A stretch of DNA of 64,000 nucleotides, from the NCBI GenBank assembly GCA_002633005.1, contig NMRA01000013.1, positions 446,347 through 510,346 of the forward strand, in the 5' to 3' direction. The notes beneath the pieces are model-generated. The model was not told where the DNA came from. It saw only the letters and a list, made by a program, of their open reading frames with translations, and ran no database searches. The translations under genes and the position numbers were made by a program. Shown piece by piece: positions 59,908-64,000 of this stretch (position 1 is the first letter of the stretch; each line of letters begins with the position of its first letter). Origin of the DNA: Phoronis australis. Taxonomy: Eukaryota > Animalia > Phoronida.

Positions 59908-62900
59908 GGCAACTGAAACAGGATGGAAAATATTAGCAAAACATTAAGTGTAAAATCGGGATTTGGTGCTTTTTGAAGACTGAGGGAGCAGCTTTATCAA
60001 AACAACAGGGAAATCATTTTTAACAAATTGACATCAGCAGATTTAGGAGCTCCAGCCTCTCCAATCAATACTACCAAAGAAGAGGGAAGAAGTGATCGGC
60101 ATACTGTTTTAAAGGGCAACACAAACATTTTTCTTTCGAAAACTGTGTATGGCCCGACTTATGACACCTTAGATCCACATCTATATTAGTAGGCATGGTG
60201 GAACTTGTGACTTCCACAAAGATGAGGAGCAAACATTCAGAACCAACCAAGGAATCCCATCACAGCAGAGTACACAGTCAACAATCAGCAATCTAATCCC
60301 AGAAATAATGATATATATATATATAATAATAATAATATCAGAAAAAAAATCACTTCACAATGTTGACTGACGACGAAATTCCATGCACTGGTGATCAAAA
60401 TTTGCAGCATTAAACACTGTACATGTAATTCTCTATATCTTCTAGTCCCTGCCAATACCATCATGTCACTCCCAGTGTAGAGTGCACCATGGAAATACTA
60501 CAGCATGCCTGTCATCCCTTTCCTTGGCCAATAACAACCCTGGTCCCCAGTCTAGTGGCATTCCATGCATGCCTTTGTGGTGAGTCATAGTACACCAAGC
60601 TTGTGTTCTGTCCCAAACAGTTGCCAGAGTTCAATCCCTGGATCTAACTATGTGTCCAGGGGTCTACTAACAATAACAGTCCCTGTGTGAAGTGAGAAAT
60701 CTCCATCACCAACTGAGCTGTGTTTGATAGACTCAAGACATAATAAGCTATGCATTAGCCACAGAAACAAAATTCATGAATTATCTTCTCTATGATTCAG
60801 TAATTCAACTTCAGTGAACAATCAGGTCATTAATCATCAATTTGCTAGTTATCCTAGTAAGGCTTTGAACAAACTCTGCATGATTTTGCGTGATCTTGCA
60901 TTTTGATCTACACAATGCATCCCTGATTTCAAGAGATTTGGGACTGGTGGTTCTCAAATTTCCATGGAAACGGTATTGGGGGGGCTATATATTTTTTTCA
61001 AGTCTAGATGGCAAATAGCTCTCTTTGAAAGGGAATGATACATAGTTAGGGGAAAGTTAGTTGTATCGTAATTGCCTGATTTTGTCGAAAAAAATAGAAT
61101 TTTAAGAAATACTTTGAATGTGGTAATCTCAACTGCAGCATTGGATGATAATGACAAGAATTCAGCACACAGAGTTTCCAACCACAGAATCACTAGCAAA
61201 CTGCGCAGACTGGCGTGACATCGTGGTGACTTAAAAATATAGTGAACTTCCTATGATATATACCAATCAAGTTTCTAAAATAAAATCATTCGCTCAATTA
61301 TTCACCGTAACTTTGTTTCAAATAAAGATCTACGGAGAGACCTGATCGAACTCGAGGGAAAAGACGAGTGAGCTAATAATACGTTCCAAAACAATAATAC
61401 TCCCGGGAAACCCCGCTAAGTAATCGTCAACGTATTCTTGAACTCCTCCTCCGTCTATACATTCAACAATATCAGTTCCACTTAAAAAATCAATAATACA
61501 AAATGGACGCTGATTGCGTAAACTGTACGACATCCTAGAAAAGCCTTCCTGACAATGATCACCCGGTGTTATTTGCCAGACTTATATACGCTGCACAGAC
61601 GTCATGGTTTATTTCAAGAATTCGTTAAAAGATATTGCTTTTAAACAATAAAGGATGTATCATGAATAGCCAGTATGTGCCTACAATTCCAGACACCCAG
61701 TCCAACATATTTGGGGTTCATTTCAATTTCTTAGGGTCCGGGAGAAATCAAAAAATCGCCAATACTACTACAGCACGACGTGACGCACATATTAGAAAAT
61801 GGGACAGATTTTGGGCTATTAAATTTCATCAGGGGTAAACACAGCACAATATTCAAGAAACAAAATGAATGATTTTCAATTCTTTGTGGTAGTTCTTACA
61901 GCTAATCGAAACTGCATCCTAGAAGACTCAACGGTCATCTTTTTTAGCTGAATTCCGTCAAACAACACAAAAACACAGCCTCGAGGGAACACTGTGAATA
62001 ACGTAATTGGTTCAGATTTCACCAAGAGACTCACTTTTTCACGACACCACAGAGGGCGCATTAGGCAGGAGTTAATTACCATTCATGGTAGAATAATTTA
62101 CAATATCAGTTGGAAGTGCATTAGTTTAACTTCTCCGCTAATTTGGAAATTAAAATCAAACTGATGATGATCGCCCATTTTCATACATACAAAATACCAG
62201 TATCATGACAAAAAAGCTGGCTTTGTAAAATCTCACAAACTTTGGACAAAAACGATTGCTAAAATTGATTTTTTTTCTGTATTCAAAGATTTCTAATATT
62301 GTTGTGAGCGCTCATAACGTCAAATGGCAGCTGTGGTATAGAATGTTAAACAATAAATCATTCATGTGACACTGCTTGTTCTTTATAAAAAGGCTTATTT
62401 GTCTGACATTCTGTGCCCTCAATTGGTGAAATTTTACAAATTGGTTTGATCCAAGTGACAGAGCTGTCATGAACAAGAAATAGTGACTATCCATTGGGTA
62501 ACAGGGAACAATTTTTTAAAAACTCAAAAGGTTGACAGAACTTTCAGCAGTATAGACCAGAAGAAACAAAGTTAAATGTACCCGATGACCGGCAAGCCAC
62601 TACTCTGTCTAAATTTGTTGCGTAGGTACTAAAAATTCACAAAGGAAACCTAGACAAAGCCCTGGGCACAACATCTCTTGACCTACACACGTGTATCTCT
62701 GTATCTCGTGTATCTCTGTATCTCGTGTATCTCGCACATCTTTATCTCTTGCCTTTTCTGCATTCAACCAAAACATACAACAGTCCAGACTACAGGTTCA
62801 TGCAAGAACCACAACGCCATGACGAAGTAAATATGGTATTTCCTATTCACACCACAGCCCATTTCCCCACAATTAAAAACTTGATATCAAAACACAATCA

Positions 62901-63724
62901 CTAAGGCAGGATATTGAACAAATAATCCTAATTTTTGCTCTCTCCACACTGCCACACTTCCTTTGTCAACCCACTCTATATCTTCAGCTGAGCGTGTATA
63001 ACAAATTTTATTGAATCTTGACTATAAGGTTCCCAGTGTTTTCCACCTCCACTACCCCAAATATGACAAAGGAAGAGGAATAAAAAATAGTATAATATCA
63101 TAGCACCAATATATTCCTTAGCAATAGTCCAACACCTGATATTTCAATGTCGTGTTTCATCAAGAGAGTGATGGAGTCTTGCACATACAAAAACCTGAGA
63201 CTATATGGGAATGAATTTTGTAAACCAATAAAAAAGCCCCATTCACACTCTGACTACATAGGGTGCAGACAGGCATTCTGGATCATTTTCAATCTAAAGT
63301 CGTATGTAAAGCTATGGACGAGATAGTGATTTAAAAAACGTGTACCAAAAACCGTGTGTCGACAGGGCATAAGACTGTAAGGTAATAAAAATATCCTGCT
63401 TCATTAAAAAGTCAAACTTGAACACGAGTCTTTAAACACAAAATTCTACCAGAACTATTCCATAATTTTTTTTTACCACACTCATGAGTCAGGCTAGTAG
63501 TTCACTCAACACCGTGTGTATTTATATCATAAGCAGAATTCAACATGGCCGACAGCCTAGAAAAACATGCCTATTATCTCACACTCACACCTTGTTTAAT
63601 TAGTCATTCAATACCTAAAACACCCTTCTACTCCAATTACATTTGCCATGCATGTAAAGTACATTTGGAAGGGAAAAGATGGACTGTTCTCAACATGAAA
63701 AAGCAAACTAATGGTAACCTGAAC

Positions 63725-63900
63725 ACTGCCTAAATCTATGACATTTTGCTAAAACTCTAACAAAGCTTGCTGTGCCATGTGTCCCACCAATGAGCTATAC
63801 CAGGACTGCCTAAATCTATGACATTTTGCTAAAACTCTAACAAAGCTTGCTGTGCCATGTGTCCCACCAATGAGCTATACCAGGGGTATAGCTCATTGGT
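63725..63900. repeat. Exact 80-bp tandem duplication followed by a perfect 16-bp fold-back
   Basis: 63725-63804 equals 63805-63884; accaatgagctatacc (63866-63881) pairs with ggtatagctcattggt (63885-63900). Confidence 0.92.
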
Positions 63901-64000
63901 CCCACCAACCAAAAGTATTTCAATGTTATCTAACACTGAATTTATATTCAGGGTAATACTGAACTCTTACAGAGTTCAAGAAACCTTTTGTGAAGTGATC

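Noticed and set aside
60627-60720. Pol III A/B-box-like words upstream of the ELK CDS
   Set aside because: The boxes are on opposite strands and form no cloverleaf. At most a decayed SINE.

Overview
AT-rich, intron-rich animal genomic DNA from a non-vertebrate bilaterian; the repeat landscape looks like a marine invertebrate, but the species cannot be determined from the sequence. Three protein-coding genes were reconstructed by hand from GT-AG splice sites. (1) EOGT on the minus strand: 14 coding exons, 26161->7006, about 529 aa, C-terminal KEEL. (2) An NR2C (TR2/TR4/Hr78-type) nuclear receptor on the plus strand: 13 coding exons, 40548->53215, about 760 aa. (3) An ELK/TCF-family ETS factor on the minus strand: one coding exon, 59907->58639, 422 aa. 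EOGT and NR2C appear divergently transcribed from about 27.4-29.3 kb, and NR2C and ELK are tail-to-tail. Introns and intergenic DNA contain decayed transposons (HERO-like non-LTR RT, Kolobok-like, ISL2EU-like/THAP, a HIRAN-bearing TA-flanked element, hAT-like MITEs), tRNA-derived elements and minisatellites. A 2.4-kb tandem duplication inside EOGT, joined at an 'n', is most likely an assembly artefact. Best leads: a cluster of AGGTCA direct repeats at the NR2C 5' end, an ELK with no recognisable SRF-binding B-box, a palindromic tRNA-derived element, and two tandem arrays that end in fold-backs. I found no convincing wholly new multi-gene system.
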